NCBI GenBank assembly: GCA_043228905.1
Contig: JBHGNT010000012.1
Coordinates: 4,712,001 to 4,776,000 of the forward strand
Origin: Azolla caroliniana
Lineage: Eukaryota > Plantae > Polypodiophyta
DNA length: 64,000 nucleotides
Direction of reading: 5' to 3'
Part shown: in pieces, positions 39,169 to 51,961 of the stretch
Position numbering within the stretch: position 1 is the stretch's first letter
How the letters are laid out: each line of letters begins with the position of its first letter
The notes under the pieces: generated by a model
What the model saw: the letters and a program-made list of their open reading frames with translations, nothing else
Told to the model about the DNA's origin: nothing
Database searches by the model: none
Position numbers and translations under genes: made by a program

Positions 39169-40149
39169 CTTTTGAAAGTACAAAGCTTGATGCTACTCAA
39201 TCTTGGTATTCGGTCCAAGAGAAAGAATTGTTCGCGGTAATACATACACTAAAAACATGGAGGTATTATCTCTATGGAAATCAATGTGTGGTTACAACGA
39301 ACCATCAATCCTTGAAGTATTTTTGTGACCAACCAGATCTTGTTGGTCGTAAAGGTCGTTAGGCTGACCTTATGCAAGATTTTGATTTTTCCATACGGTA
39401 TCGCAAGGGTTCTATGAACACCGTTGTGGATGCTCTTAGTCACATTAAACAAGCTAACATGCTTAGCTTCACAGAAATCAAATTTGATCTTTTAGATCAC
39501 CTTCGAGGGAAATACCTTGATGACTGTTATTTCTCGAAATATGAGACGAAAGCCAAATCTAGTTCAGATGTTGTTACTAGCACCCTACCCTCAAAGGCGA
39601 CCTTTCATATTACAAATGTTTTGCTTTATCATAGTGGAAAGGTCTATGTTCCAGATTTACCAAATGTAAAACAGAAAATTATTCCTGAATGTTATGATGC
39701 ACCATATGTTGGTCATCGTGGAATACAATGCACACTCGTTCCCATCTCGAGTACTTTTTTCTGGCCTAAGATGCGCTCTAATGTGCATAAATACGTGATT
39801 CAATGCTTACAATGTCAGATTAATAAGTCGAAATGACTTAAAGCTGTTGATCTTTTACATCCCTTAGATATTCCCAACAACAAATGGGAAAGTATCTCGA
39901 TGGATTTTATTGTTAGTTTACCTCATACACAGAGGGGTCATGATGCCATTTGGGTTGTCGTTGATCGACTAACAAAATTGGCTAGATTTATTCCTACAAA
40001 AACCACGGTAACCACTCAATAATTGGCTTATCAATTTGTTGATGAGTTATTTCGTTTGTATGGATTACCTATAGATATTGTTAGTGATCGAGATTCCAAG
40101 TATACTAGTGACTTTTGGACGCAGGTCTTTAAGAAGCTAGAAACTACGA

Positions 40150-40939
40150 TGTCATGATGTTTTCGACACATAGTGCGAAACCACCCTCAAAAGAGAATAA
40201 AATAGTAGTCCAAATAAACTAATGTTGTTAAATCAACTATAATAATAAATGAAAGGATAAAAAGTTAGAAGCGGTTTTCGAAAGTAGACAAAAGTAGAGA
40301 AAAAGATGGGAAAAGAAAAGTTAGGCGTGGATATGAAGAGCAACGTCGAGTAAAAAGCTCATAATTTCCTTGTCCAATGTCCAAATTAGAAAAGGAAATA
40401 TGCATAAGAAATCTAACAAAAAGATCTTTCTAAGAATATCTTGCATGTCAGATTTGACGTTACGGAACAGAAATAGTGATAAAAAGAAACTCGACTCATA
40501 TAGACAAACTTTTAGGAAAAAAAAAGAACGGAATCAAGAAATCCTAAACCTATAATAAGAGCTCATTTTAAGAATAAGGGGGGAGGGGGAAAGAACGCGG
40601 AAGCTCTACTCAATTGGAAAGCAAAAGAAGAAAGATCAACAACATCAAGAGGCATCATCAACAAAGAAACTCCTTCTATATTCCACTCTCTTCTTTTCTC
40701 CACCTCTCTTCCCCCATTCCTTATAAACAATCCTTCATATTCACATCCAAACCGTTCTAACATTATTCTTATATTATAAAAGAATCTATTATTTTGATGT
40801 AAACTAATGTTTTCTTTCATCTACTTGTCTTATGTGTAAATCTTGATTGTGTTGTGCATGTGAACTCTAATTCCTTCCAGTCCATAACCCCGGCGGCTCC
40901 GCCTCACGATCCGCACATAGTGACGGATTTTTCATGACA
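40150..40939 (+). mobile_element. Solo LTR (4-bp TSD class)
   Basis: TGTCATGA...TCATGACA, TSD ACGA/ACGT; removal restores KLETTLSMS. 3' motif GTCCA.AACCCCGGCGG resembles the end of LTR 1108-1775. Confidence 0.87.
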
Positions 40940-41152
40940 ACGTTGAGCATGAGTTTAGTAAATCATCCTCAGTTTGATGGACAAACTGAACGAGTTAATC
41001 AAATTATTGAGGACATGCTTTGAGCTTATGTAGCAAAAACCCCTTCTAAGTGGAAGCAATACCTTCCTATCTTAGAATTTGCCTATACTAGCACTAAACA
41101 TACATACACTAGATATAGTCCTTTTATGTTGATGTATGGTTGTCAGCCACGT

Positions 41153-42391
41153 TGTCATGAAGATTTTCGTCAATTGTGTGAAAATCACATAAAACATACG
41201 AAATCGAGTATGAATCATATAAAACAATAATAGTGAAAATACTATTTTAAATAAGTTTAATATCTTAGTACAAAAAGATAGAGGTATTCAAGAGTTTTTT
41301 AATGCACTTTACTACATAAGAAACAGACATCTAAGTCTCAAGTTATGTGGGTAGGAAGTTTGCAATGGAAAAGAGAAAGATAAAACTGTGAGATATCCCA
41401 CATCGACAAGACAAATAAGGATCTCACCATATATAAGGTAGAGCAAAAGCTATTATCTTTGTGTCTATATGTGGCATATAGAGAGTTCAAGGTGACTTGA
41501 ACTAAGCTAATTCATGAGTGGGTGTGGCCTAGCTACTTGTAAAAGTTTTTGGCCAACCAAAACCGGCGACAACCGACAACCGGCGACTGACCGGTGAGCG
41601 GCAAGAAACTCGGGATGCGGACTAGGCCGGACCAAACGGATGCAAATCGGATAGATCGATCGGGTTGGTTGATCGCGGGCCAACCAAAACCGGCGGCAAC
41701 CGGCAACCGGCGACTGGCCGGTGAGCGGCAAGCAACTCGGGATGCGGACTGGGCCGGACCAAACGGATGCAAATCGGATAGATCAATCGGGTTGGTTGAT
41801 CGCGGTGCATGGTGTCTTAAAGATATTTGGTCCAAAAGCCTAATAGTATTTTGTGCATAAAAGAAAAAGATATAAACAAGACTCGAACTTAACACCTCCA
41901 AGATATGAAGCAGTAGGCTTACCATTAAGACAAACCATTTCTTTAGGGATTATATTTTTATCATTATAGCTTTACATGTAAATTCTCATGTGTGAGAGCT
42001 TAGATGATGACATGGCAAGCATGCATTCTATGCATGTCTTGCAGCCTCACATGCACCATATGCATGGGGGCATCTATAAAAGAGTGGAGGAATCAAGCAA
42101 AAGGGGGATTTTTATCAAGAGAGCTTTGTACTTTATATCAAAATTAATATTAAGAAGAAAATTCGTTTTCCAATTGATGTATTAATCAAGAAATTAAGAG
42201 GAAGAAAATTTGTTATTCCATTTTTATCTCTCAATCTAAAGTCAAGCATTCTATCTTATCTCAAGCTCTATCTCCTTCAATCTATCTTAAATACTTTCTT
42301 GCTAAAGCTTGTGCAAACTTTGAATCCTTCCAGTCCAGAACCCCGGCGGTTCTGCCTCATGATCCGCGCGTAGTGACAGATCTTCAAAACA
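41153..42391 (+). mobile_element. Solo LTR (4-bp TSD class) with a 127-bp tandem duplication and a tRNA-like module
   Basis: TGTCATGA...AAAACA, TSD ACGT; removal restores QPRAP. Repeat 41551-41804; A/B-box module 41878-41933 (minus). Confidence 0.87.
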
Positions 42392-42600
42392 ACGTGCCCC
42401 ATTCAATGTCACGATTCATTGTGATACATTAGACAATACACACAATTTTTTGCAAGACATGAACCAAATGTTGCACATTGCCAAAGAAAATATCAAGACA
42501 TGTCAAGATTGTGCTCGATTTTATGTTGATCAGGATACACGTCCTTGTACGTTTACTATTGGTGAAAAAGTTTTTTTGTGTGTCCCTACTGACTCTACGT

Positions 42601-43453
42601 TGTCGTAGTGTAATTCGCACACTATGTGAAAATTGCTTTTTGGTCCCTCCGGATGGGTAAGGAGGATCCGATAAGGAGAACCGAATGAAGGAGGAACCGA
42701 CAAGGAGGACCCGGTAAGAACCAGATCAAGCAGAACCGACAAGAGCCGGATAAAGAAGGCCGGTGAGAGTCTCTCACCGGATGAAGAGACAAATTTGTAA
42801 ATAAAAGAAAAGATTGTTACAAGCATAGAGCAGGATTCAAACCCTGTACCTCCATGTTAATAATGTAAAGCCTTACCATTACACTAACACATCATTTATG
42901 ATAATAAAGTAGATGTCCCACATAGAAAGGTAAGTTCATGCTAGGATAAACTTTAGTTAGAAGAAAACGCATGATAAAAGAAAAAGCTACACATGCACAT
43001 CTAGCGTGTATAAACATTATAGTCGATAAAAACGTATCAAGTTAGAAAAAGCAAGATCACTTTAGAAAAAACATGTTAGATAAAGCATATAGTCTATTGT
43101 TAGAGAAAAAGCATGGATTATTAAGACTCTCTCATCACTATATAAGGATGGGGAGCACAATGTAATAGGGGGGTGTAAAAATCCTTGGAAATTGGATATG
43201 TTTCTAAGTACTGATTAATAAAATATACTCATGGGATTCACGAGGTTTCTAATTCTCTCTCTTTCAATCTAAATTCATATTCTTATCTTAATATTGATTA
43301 ATCTAATACAATATAATTGTGGGATTCACAAGTTTTTATATCTCTTTCTTATAATCTATTCATAACCAAACTCATCTCAAATTCTTCCTCCTCCTAGTCC
43401 AAAACCCCGGCAGTTCCCACCGGACTCACGCAACGATCCGGAAAGGCACAACA
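42601..43453 (+). mobile_element. Solo LTR (4-bp TSD class), mosaic, with a tRNA-like module
   Basis: TGTCGTAG...CACAACA, TSD ACGT/GCGT; removal restores DSTSLSTGK. Module 42828-42890 (minus). Confidence 0.85.
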
Positions 43454-44513
43454 GCGTCATTGTCTACGGGCAAGTGCACTAAGTTAGCCCCACGATATTG
43501 TGGCCCATTTAAAATCCTTAAGCGAGTTGGGTCATCTGCTTATCACCTTGCCTTACCCCGTAACGTTGGTATTCATCTCGTTTTTCATGTCAGACGTCTA
43601 AAACTATTTTTCGGCTCTAGTGATAACACCATCACAATCCAGGATCTTGTAACGTTAGAGGATTTTTCTTACAAACCTCATGTTCCTAAACGATTGCTTG
43701 ATTCTTGTACTAAACGTTTACGTTCTAAAGAGATTTGGATATTCAAGATCAAATGGATGGATAAACCTATTGATGATGCCACATGGGAACGTGAGAATAC
43801 TCTTAAGGGAAAATTTCCTCACTTTATATTGCAAGAGTGCAATCTTTTGAAGTAGAGGAGTATGTTATGTACACATAACGTAGGTGAGGGTAGGTCACTA
43901 ATATTTACATAAGTGAAGGGTATGTTCACTAATGTTAAAAAGGGGACAAATGTGATTGGATAGAAGGAATGATAGGTGCATGCACTATCATGATTTGGAC
44001 AACCAATAAATGGAGAGCCTTTTAAAAAGGGACATCTATTCAAGGGGCCTAGGAAAAGGTATAAATATGAGGTTTAGCTACCCTCATAAAGACATTACGT
44101 CAGAAGGTTGCTAGCTTAGACACCGGTGGTGCGGCTAGGCTTTCGTCTCGACGATCGTGTTTATCTCTTCCACGGTATTAGTCATCCTAATATCCAGCGG
44201 TATGGAATGTCGGTGGTAGGTTGGTTATGTCTAGATGATAGCTCGGGGGTGGTCGGGTGGAACGGCTTCTTCTATCCAATCTATTTTATTTCTTTTACTT
44301 TAGTTTGGTCTATTGATTAGTAATAGACTCTTAACACATTGTATGTAGACAAAGTAGTCCTTTTATGAGGTAGTTTGTTGATATAAAAGGCTAACTCTGC
44401 CCAAACCTTGTATCTCTAGTGTGAATGCAGTTGAATTAACTATTTAAGTAGGCAATTGTTCTTGTAAACTTAGTTCGGCGGGAAAATGAAAAAGAATGTC
44501 TCTTTGGGCAAAA

Positions 44514-44515
<2 letters not shown>

Positions 44516-44585
<70 letters not shown>

Positions 44586-47500
44586 CTCGTTTCACTCCAG
44601 CCACCATTGTTTACATTCTATAGCTCATTGGAAAGCGCTTTCAGAGAGCTTTCTAAGAATGTTCGTTTACTGAATTCCGTTACTGTGGTGAGAAGTTATG
44701 AGCATTTTTGTCTACATCCATCTTTGTCCCACGGCTCCTCAAACGCAAGGTAGATTTTGAAGCCCTAAATCAAGTGAAAGGTACATTTTCTCTCTCCCTC
44801 TCTCTCTTCTCATAGGGTTTGGTCCTACAATGACACACACCCATAAGGCCGCCTCAAAGTTCGGGAGTATGATTAATAATGAACCGAAATCACCAACAAA
44901 TGTTGATTCCAATGCAATAAACACAATGGACAAAATGCTTATGAGTCACTTGATTTCTCTTCAAGAAACCATAAACAAGCAAGGTGAAGAGATTAGGATG
45001 TTAATGAAAGAGAATGCTAAGCTCCAAACTATTGCCATTGAGAATTAAATTCTTAAGAAAGTGGTTGCAAAACTTGAAGAAGAGATTCAAGAATGTAAAA
45101 GAGCTTCTTTCGAAACTGTCAAATGAGGGCCTTAATAAGATTGAGTTAAAGGAAGCATTAAAAGAAGAAAAATTAGACACGATGAGGCGGGATGTAAGTG
45201 AGATGAAAAATATATGTACAACGAAATCATGGGTCGATGTATGTGGTGGGGATGGGGTATCAAACTGATCTAGTATGCATGTGATGCATCAAGAGAAGAA
45301 TATTAAAAGCATAGATGCCCATGAATTGAAAGAGCGTGAACGAAGATGAAAGAACATTGTTATCCATGGGATTAAAGAGGAGAGTATGGAAACACCCACT
45401 TCCCTTGGAAAGGCCATTGGTGAATTTTTTAGCATGCATTATGGGATGTCGGATGTGAATGTATATGGGGCACACCGAGTTGTGAAACATGGTGTTACTC
45501 GCTCCGGAGAAAGGCCCATTGTATGCACAATGATGGATTATACAAAGCAGCGGATCATACTTGAAAATAGTTGGGTATACCTCAAAGGTACACAATGCTT
45601 TGTGAGTGAAGATCGTACTATCTCACAACAAAATGCTCGTCGTAAAGCATATGAAGAAAGATTGAAAAATAAGGTTAAGGATGTGCTTAAAGATGGAAAT
45701 GTAGGCAAATAGGGGCATGTGACCTATGAGACTAAACCGCGTCTTTTACGATTATGTTTTTGGAATTGCAATGGATACCCATGGAATGCGGGATTTAGCA
45801 TAGAGGAGTTCGTTGATGACTCAGATATCACACTTCTTGTTGAAACATGGGAGCATGATACTCAAAGAATTCGAGGTTTAGGAAACTATAATGTACACTC
45901 TTTGATATGGGAGAAAAATCCAAGACAAAGAAGAGGACAAGGAGGGGTGGCATGTTTGATTAAGAAAGAAATAGAGAAATATGTGTCAATCATAAAAAAT
46001 GATGAACATAAATGCTACATATGGCTCAAAATAGAAACACCTAATGATTTGCCCACTTTTGTCGTTGGATGTTACATTCCTCATCAGGATTCTAACTTCT
46101 ATGCTTGTTTGGATAAAGATCAACCTTTTGCAAATCTAGAAGATGATATTGCTTATTTCAAATCCAAAGGGAAAGTTATTGTCTTTGGTGACATGAATGC
46201 TTGTACAAGAAGTTTCCAACTTGATTCACAAGAATCTTTCATGCCACATATCTCAAGGATGCAAGAGGATATGCAAATGTATAGTCGATCTTCTAGCGAT
46301 GAAAAAGAGTCGGACCAATTTGGGAAACTACTCCTACAAATGTGCAATAGTACCAGATTGCTTATTGCAAATAGTGTTTCCTTATGGCCCAATACTAACG
46401 GCTTTACATGTAGCAAACACAATGGAAATAGTGTGATTGACTATGTGCTACTTTCCGAAGGTATTTTGGATCGTATACATAAATTCTCACTGGGGCAATG
46501 GACACCGAAATCCAATCATAGGAATTTATGTATTGATCTCAAATGTATGCATAGGTTTGATTGCGAGAAGGTCATTGAAGATAGTAAACAAACACACTTG
46601 AGCATGAATCTTAAGTGAGCGCCCATGTATTCCAAGATGGTTGAGGATATGTTACAAATGACAAAGACACAACATGGTGCCACACTAGAATGCAAATGGG
46701 AAGCTTTTATGAATGTCATTCTCTCTTGTACAAACAAATGTTTTTCGACCAACCGCACATCATGGAAATGCACCAAGAAATGTAAGAAAAAATGGTTTGA
46801 TAAAGAATGTCATAAAGCTCGAAAGTGCCTTATGGTTTTGGATGTGGTTAAGGATAAAGAAAATTACCAAAAGCATTTGCATGACTATAAAAGGCTTATT
46901 CAAAGAAAGAGACGAATATGGGAAGTTACTCAACAACTTCTCCAAACGCAAGAGAAAGCACATGCATGTGTTAAATTTTGGGGAAATCTTAAGGGGAAAC
47001 GTGTTGAGAGTTATGGTGACTTAACTCTTCATGACTTGTCTATGCATTATAAGAATTTATATGAGTTATCTCTTGCCGGAAAGATGATGTGTTATGGTTC
47101 TCTTTCACATATGTCTCCCTTCTTTACAATTGAAGATATATGCATAGGACTTAAGAAATTGGTGTTGGGAGACATGTCCCTCCGGATGGGAAGGGAGAAG
47201 AACAGTGTCGACGAACAATCTCGGCCGAGGCCGATAGGCCGAGCCCGGTGTGAACCGGATGAGGAGCACCCGACTACGGAGAGCCGGATGGTGCAGGCCC
47301 GGTGTGAACCGGATGAGGAGTACCCGGCTATGGAGAGCCGGATGGTGCAGAACCGGTGAGAACCGGATGAGGAGCACCCGGCTACGGAGAGCCGGATGAC
47401 GCAGACCCGGTGCAAACCGGAGGAAGAGACATATTCGTAAATATGTTTCTGAGAGCCCATCGAGGTTACATTTGTAAATAGCCGAAAAGTCATATTAGTA

Positions 47501-48898
47501 TAAATATGACTTAGGGAAAACTTTTAGAGATAGTTGGTTGTCATTCTTGTTGGTGCAAGAATAGAGAGTGTGCGTAACTGTACAGAGAAAGAGAGAGAGA
47601 GAAAGAGGTCGTTGCCTCTGTTGTAACCGCCGCCTGTGGCGAAGATCTGTGAGCACGAGGTCGTTGCCTCAGTGAACTCACTGTTGTACATTCTTACATA
47701 GTGACAGTTTGCAGCCTGTGGGCTGCCGTGGTTTTTTCCCCTAGTTTGGGGTTTTCCACGTAAACCTCCTGTGTATTCTCTTCTTCTTTGTGTCGCGTTT
47801 TATTTCCCGTTTTCTGTGTATGAAAAGAAGCTCGGTTGTGGCCGAGCGTTGCGCATAAGGAACGTTGCAATTCCCGTCAATTGGCCTCTCAAAAGGCAAG
47901 CGATCTTCAATGTATAAAAGTTGAAATGCTCAAATGGAAGGGAAAGGAAGCACTTATATGGATATGCAATATGTTTAATGATGCATTGCAACATGGAATC
48001 CCTAAATATATGTGGAAAGAGTTTGAAAATGTCCAAAAACATTTTCTTACAAAGTTTCTACAAGTTAAGAAACAAACGCGCTACACCCTCCTCCTCCTTG
48101 AGACGGGATCGCTTCCCATTGAGATCATGGCCATAGAAAGGGTTGTTGAATACATGCTTAAGGTTCAAAAAAGCCCCTCACATCGACTTCCTAGAATTGC
48201 ATAGGAAGCAAGCAAAAAGATCCAAAAGACGCATAAAAGCAAAATTTTGTGTTCCACTTGGATGCAAGATTTAGAAAAATGGTTTGGTAGATGGGATGCA
48301 AGACACTTGCATCATGATGCGTCACTAGATTCCTCTATAAATGAGGCCTTTTTGCAACGCCAATGTATCATGACATGGGACATATGTGGTGGCTCACGCT
48401 TCACACATTATACTACAAATGTTGCACCTAACTACAAAACCATATTCTTCGCGGAATGGGGAAGCCGTACACATCGATACATGTTAGAGCCCATCCCAAT
48501 ATCTGCCATTCGAACCATTGCTTCCATGCGACTTAGCTCGCACGCATTGAGATGTGAGACGGGGCGTTGGGGCACAAGTGATGAGAGTGGCCAACTATGC
48601 ACACTTTGCCCTAAACAAGTTCGAGAGTCTGAGTATCACACTTTGATACAATGCTCTACCTTTGATCATATTCGACCATGCTTTCCACATCTCTTCGATC
48701 GAGCCCAATCCTTGCACAAATTTCTCTCACAACCACGATGTGCACTCTCGATTGCAACATTCATTGGTAAAGTTCTTGAACATCGAGAGTCGCTACTCAC
48801 CTTCACACGTATCACGTGAAATGTAATATTTTTGGTCTCATAGGTCATATTTGACCTTCGAAGACGGTAATATAATCTATCTATCTATCTATCTCTCT
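44516..48898 (+). mobile_element. Non-LTR retrotransposon (RTE-X-like LINE), RT core deleted
   Basis: ORF1 remnants 44830-45712; APE endonuclease 45719-46618 (WNCNG, ETW, GGVA, GDMN, VIDY); C-terminal RLSSHALRCETGRW...CTLC...EYHTLIQC; (ATCT)n tail 48875-48894; 5' (CT)n tract. Confidence 0.85.
47163..47879 (+). mobile_element. Solo LTR inserted in LINE ORF2, with a 54-bp tandem repeat
   Basis: TGTTGGGAGAC...CCGTCA, TSD ATTGG; about 3 copies of a 54-bp unit at 47244-47420. Confidence 0.9.
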
Positions 48899-49019
48899 GT
48901 AATTGTGTAACTATCTATTTCATCTTCTTGAATCTTGAGACAATGCACATCTCCTTCTTACTTGCTACTTGTGTTGTTTGCTAGACTTACTTACAAGTCC
49001 TCAATCTTATTCTGTAACA

Positions 49020-51961
49020 TCAACTTCCATATTCAACAACCTGCTCGACCCATTTGGTGCAATAATTTGTTGCTTCAATTAGATATCTATTCCTAGTTCG
49101 AGTTGTTGCTGGCTTGAATGGGCTGACAAAATCTAAGCCACATTTTTGGAAAGGATCCAATGGTAAAATTGGTTGATGTGGCATTCTAGCCTTCTCATTC
49201 GCTTGTTCCATTTATTGGCATAAATCGCATTCTTTGCAATATTTAATGGCATCCTTTTGGATGGTCGGCCACCAAAGACCACTCTGCCATATCTTTTAGG
49301 TAGTTGCTTCTCCTGCATAATGCCCGTCTGCTATGCCACAGTGCGCCTCCTGCAACATTGCCATTACGCGTACATGAAGCGAGTGACGGAAGTGCGTGAG
49401 CCGGAGAGCTACGCAGAAGCGGCGAAAGACACGAACTGGCGTGCCGCAATGGAGGAAGAGATGCGCGCATTATTGGAGAATGAAACTTGAGACCAAGTTG
49501 ATGCACCGATGGGTGTGAAGCCGATTGGATGTAGTTAGGTGTACAAGGTCAGGTACAACACCGATGGTTGGGTCAACCGATACAAGGCCAGGTTGGTAGC
49601 GAAAGGCTACGCGCAAAAGCACGGCGTGGACTATGACGAGACCTTCGCGCCTGTGGTGAAGATGACTACCGTGCGAGTCTTGCTAGCCATAGCAGCGGCA
49701 AAGTGGTGGCACTTATATCAAATGGATGTAAAGAACGCGATCCTGCAAGTCCTTCTCGTGGCTACACATGCCTCATCGCCAAATTCCATCGGCTCCCTTA
49801 TGATGCAACGTGTCTTGGATCAAACAGAAATTTCGGTTGTGTACGACAAGTTGCTTCCTTTCATCCCTGTTCAAATTCTAGGGTGGCAATTTTGTGCTTA
49901 GAAAACACATCATGTCGTCCATCCACCTATCCTCAGGTACGTTGTCCATACCGGTTGATTCGGTCACTATGATACTGAACAATTGGTCATTGGGAAAATC
50001 ATCCTTGACTTTGACTCCTTCCTCGCTTGATTCTAGTCGACTAAGATAGTCGGGTACGACATGCGGCACTCCTCGCCGATGGTAGATGTCGAATTCAAAC
50101 TCCTATGAGAGATGCTTTCGAGACCAAGTATAGTAGTGTCGAATGCTCGATGTGAAAGGAAAACTTTCGGCCCAACAAATAATGACGATACTTATTTACA
50201 CTGTACACCATTCCTAATGCCTCGTGTTTCGTAGTTGAATATTGTGTTTGGCTTTCGATAATTTCCAACTCATGTAATACACTGGTTGATACCAATTCGG
50301 CTCGTACAACTGCATCAATGCACTACCGATCGCGGCGTCTGATACGTCCACAAAAACATGGAAGTCCTTTGTCCAGTCATGAGGTTGGATGACCGGGGCC
50401 TATGTTAGCCTTACCTTCAAAGCTTGGTTGGCTTTTTCCTCTACCTCTATCCATTGGAATGACGTTTGATGGACTGCGGCGTGTAATGGCGTGGCGAAAT
50501 CTGCCAAATACCTGAGCATCCGACTGTGCCATCTAATTTGTCCTAGGAATGGGCTCGGGACTTTGGTCATTGTTGGAGTTGGCACCTCTAGAATTTCCTT
50601 GACCTTGTCCGAATCAACCACAATTCCCTCCTGCCTAATATATGGCCTAATAATGTGCCACTTGTCACACCGAACACACACTTTCCCGGATTTAAACTAA
50701 GGTAGTTCATTCGGCACTTCTCCAAGCAGAGCCGAAGTTGGCTCAAATGGTCAACCCGCGTATTGTGCACGGCAAAATCATCCAAACATACTTGCATAAA
50801 GGCCAAGATGTATTACCCGAAGATTTCCATGATAATCCTTTGATTGGCCAAATGAAACTGCCTCTCAAGATCTTCTCGATTTCTTCCTTTACTTTTGTCA
50901 CATAGTTTGGATTCATCCAATATCGCCTCTGCTAAACCGGTTTGGCATCCTTACTCAAATGGATTGGATGCTGGTAGAATTTCGGATCCAACCCCTTCAT
51001 GTCCTCATATGATCAGGCGAATACATCTTTATATTCCGTCAATAGTTCAACCATGGTCATTTTTTCCTTCGGCACCATCTCCTTTGCAATCTGTACCAGC
51101 CTAGGTTTAGAGGTGGAACCTAAATTTACCTCTTCCAATGTAGAGGCCTTCACCCTCTAAGAGATCTCCATCTCTCATTCTAATGCCTCTTGTGCATAGC
51201 GCAATTCTTCTAGCACCTTATTGATCATCTCCCTTTCTTCATGCTCCTTTTTTGGTCGGGATGTTGCAAAGGTCATTTGTCGGCCGAGCCATTCCATGAG
51301 TTCATAGCTCATGTTGAATTGCAATATAGCGGTAAACTCTTGAGCAACCGTTGGTATGTCTAGGAACCTTAACATCGTGTCGACTAACACCATGAATGCA
51401 TGTCCCTCTATCTCTTTTCCTTTAGAACCATTTGTTTGGGGTTTTATGAGCATGGACTCCCCTACATGCCCATCTACGGTCGGCTCCGGTTCAACCGTTT
51501 CTTGCTTATTGTTTGCTTCTTTGTCCACTACTTGACCGGACTCTATGCTAAGCCCTTTCCCATTTACATATGTCAGTTGTCATCACTTCATCAACCGACG
51601 CGACTTGCTTCTTCTTCTTGGTCGCTTCTTCTTGGCTGCTTCCTTCTTGGCCTCTTCTCCGACTCTGATCAATAAGTCAGCTTCAGCGGTCACTGTCTTT
51701 CTTCCCGATTCAACTCTTTGATTTGGGTCATCTGTCGTTGCTTGCTTGACCCTTGTGGTCGACTCCACTACTACCATAACAATTGCATCTAGCGTGGCTG
51801 AATCTTCTGATACGGTCGTTATTATCGATGGTTCTGTTGTGTCAGCTCTAGGAGGACTCTCCTCCTGCTGCTCCATTTGCAGCACTTCGATCATCCAACG
51901 TCTTCCAGACTACCTAGGCATCTCCTATGTTTACCCCTTGTCTGAAGTCTTCCTTGCCTCT
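49020..51961 (-). pseudogene. Degraded Athila-like Gypsy pol remnant
   Basis: Fragments LDDF (RT), FLGQIRWHSR, YSTTKHEALGMVY (RNase H) and EAHCG..GH / PFQKCGLDFV..TKWVE (integrase). Confidence 0.7.
49362..49748 (+). pseudogene. Isolated internal Copia RT fragment (family of 12173-20580)
   Basis: HYAYMKRVTEVREPESYAEAAKDTNWRAAMEEEM...[10 protein letters not shown]...QMDVKNA; no LTR. Confidence 0.8.

Larger units (their letters stand above)
30799..44336 (+). mobile_element. Ty3/Gypsy chromovirus, degenerate, with nested Copia and four solo LTRs
   Basis: LTRs 30799-31203 (internally deleted) and 43863-44336; PBS TGGTATCAGAGC 31205-31216; gag 32809-33490 (AVAWW); RT FLDD ~38130; RNase H; integrase; chromodomain 43680-43855; PPT before 43863. 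Flanks CCAAT/CATTG do not match. Confidence 0.88.
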
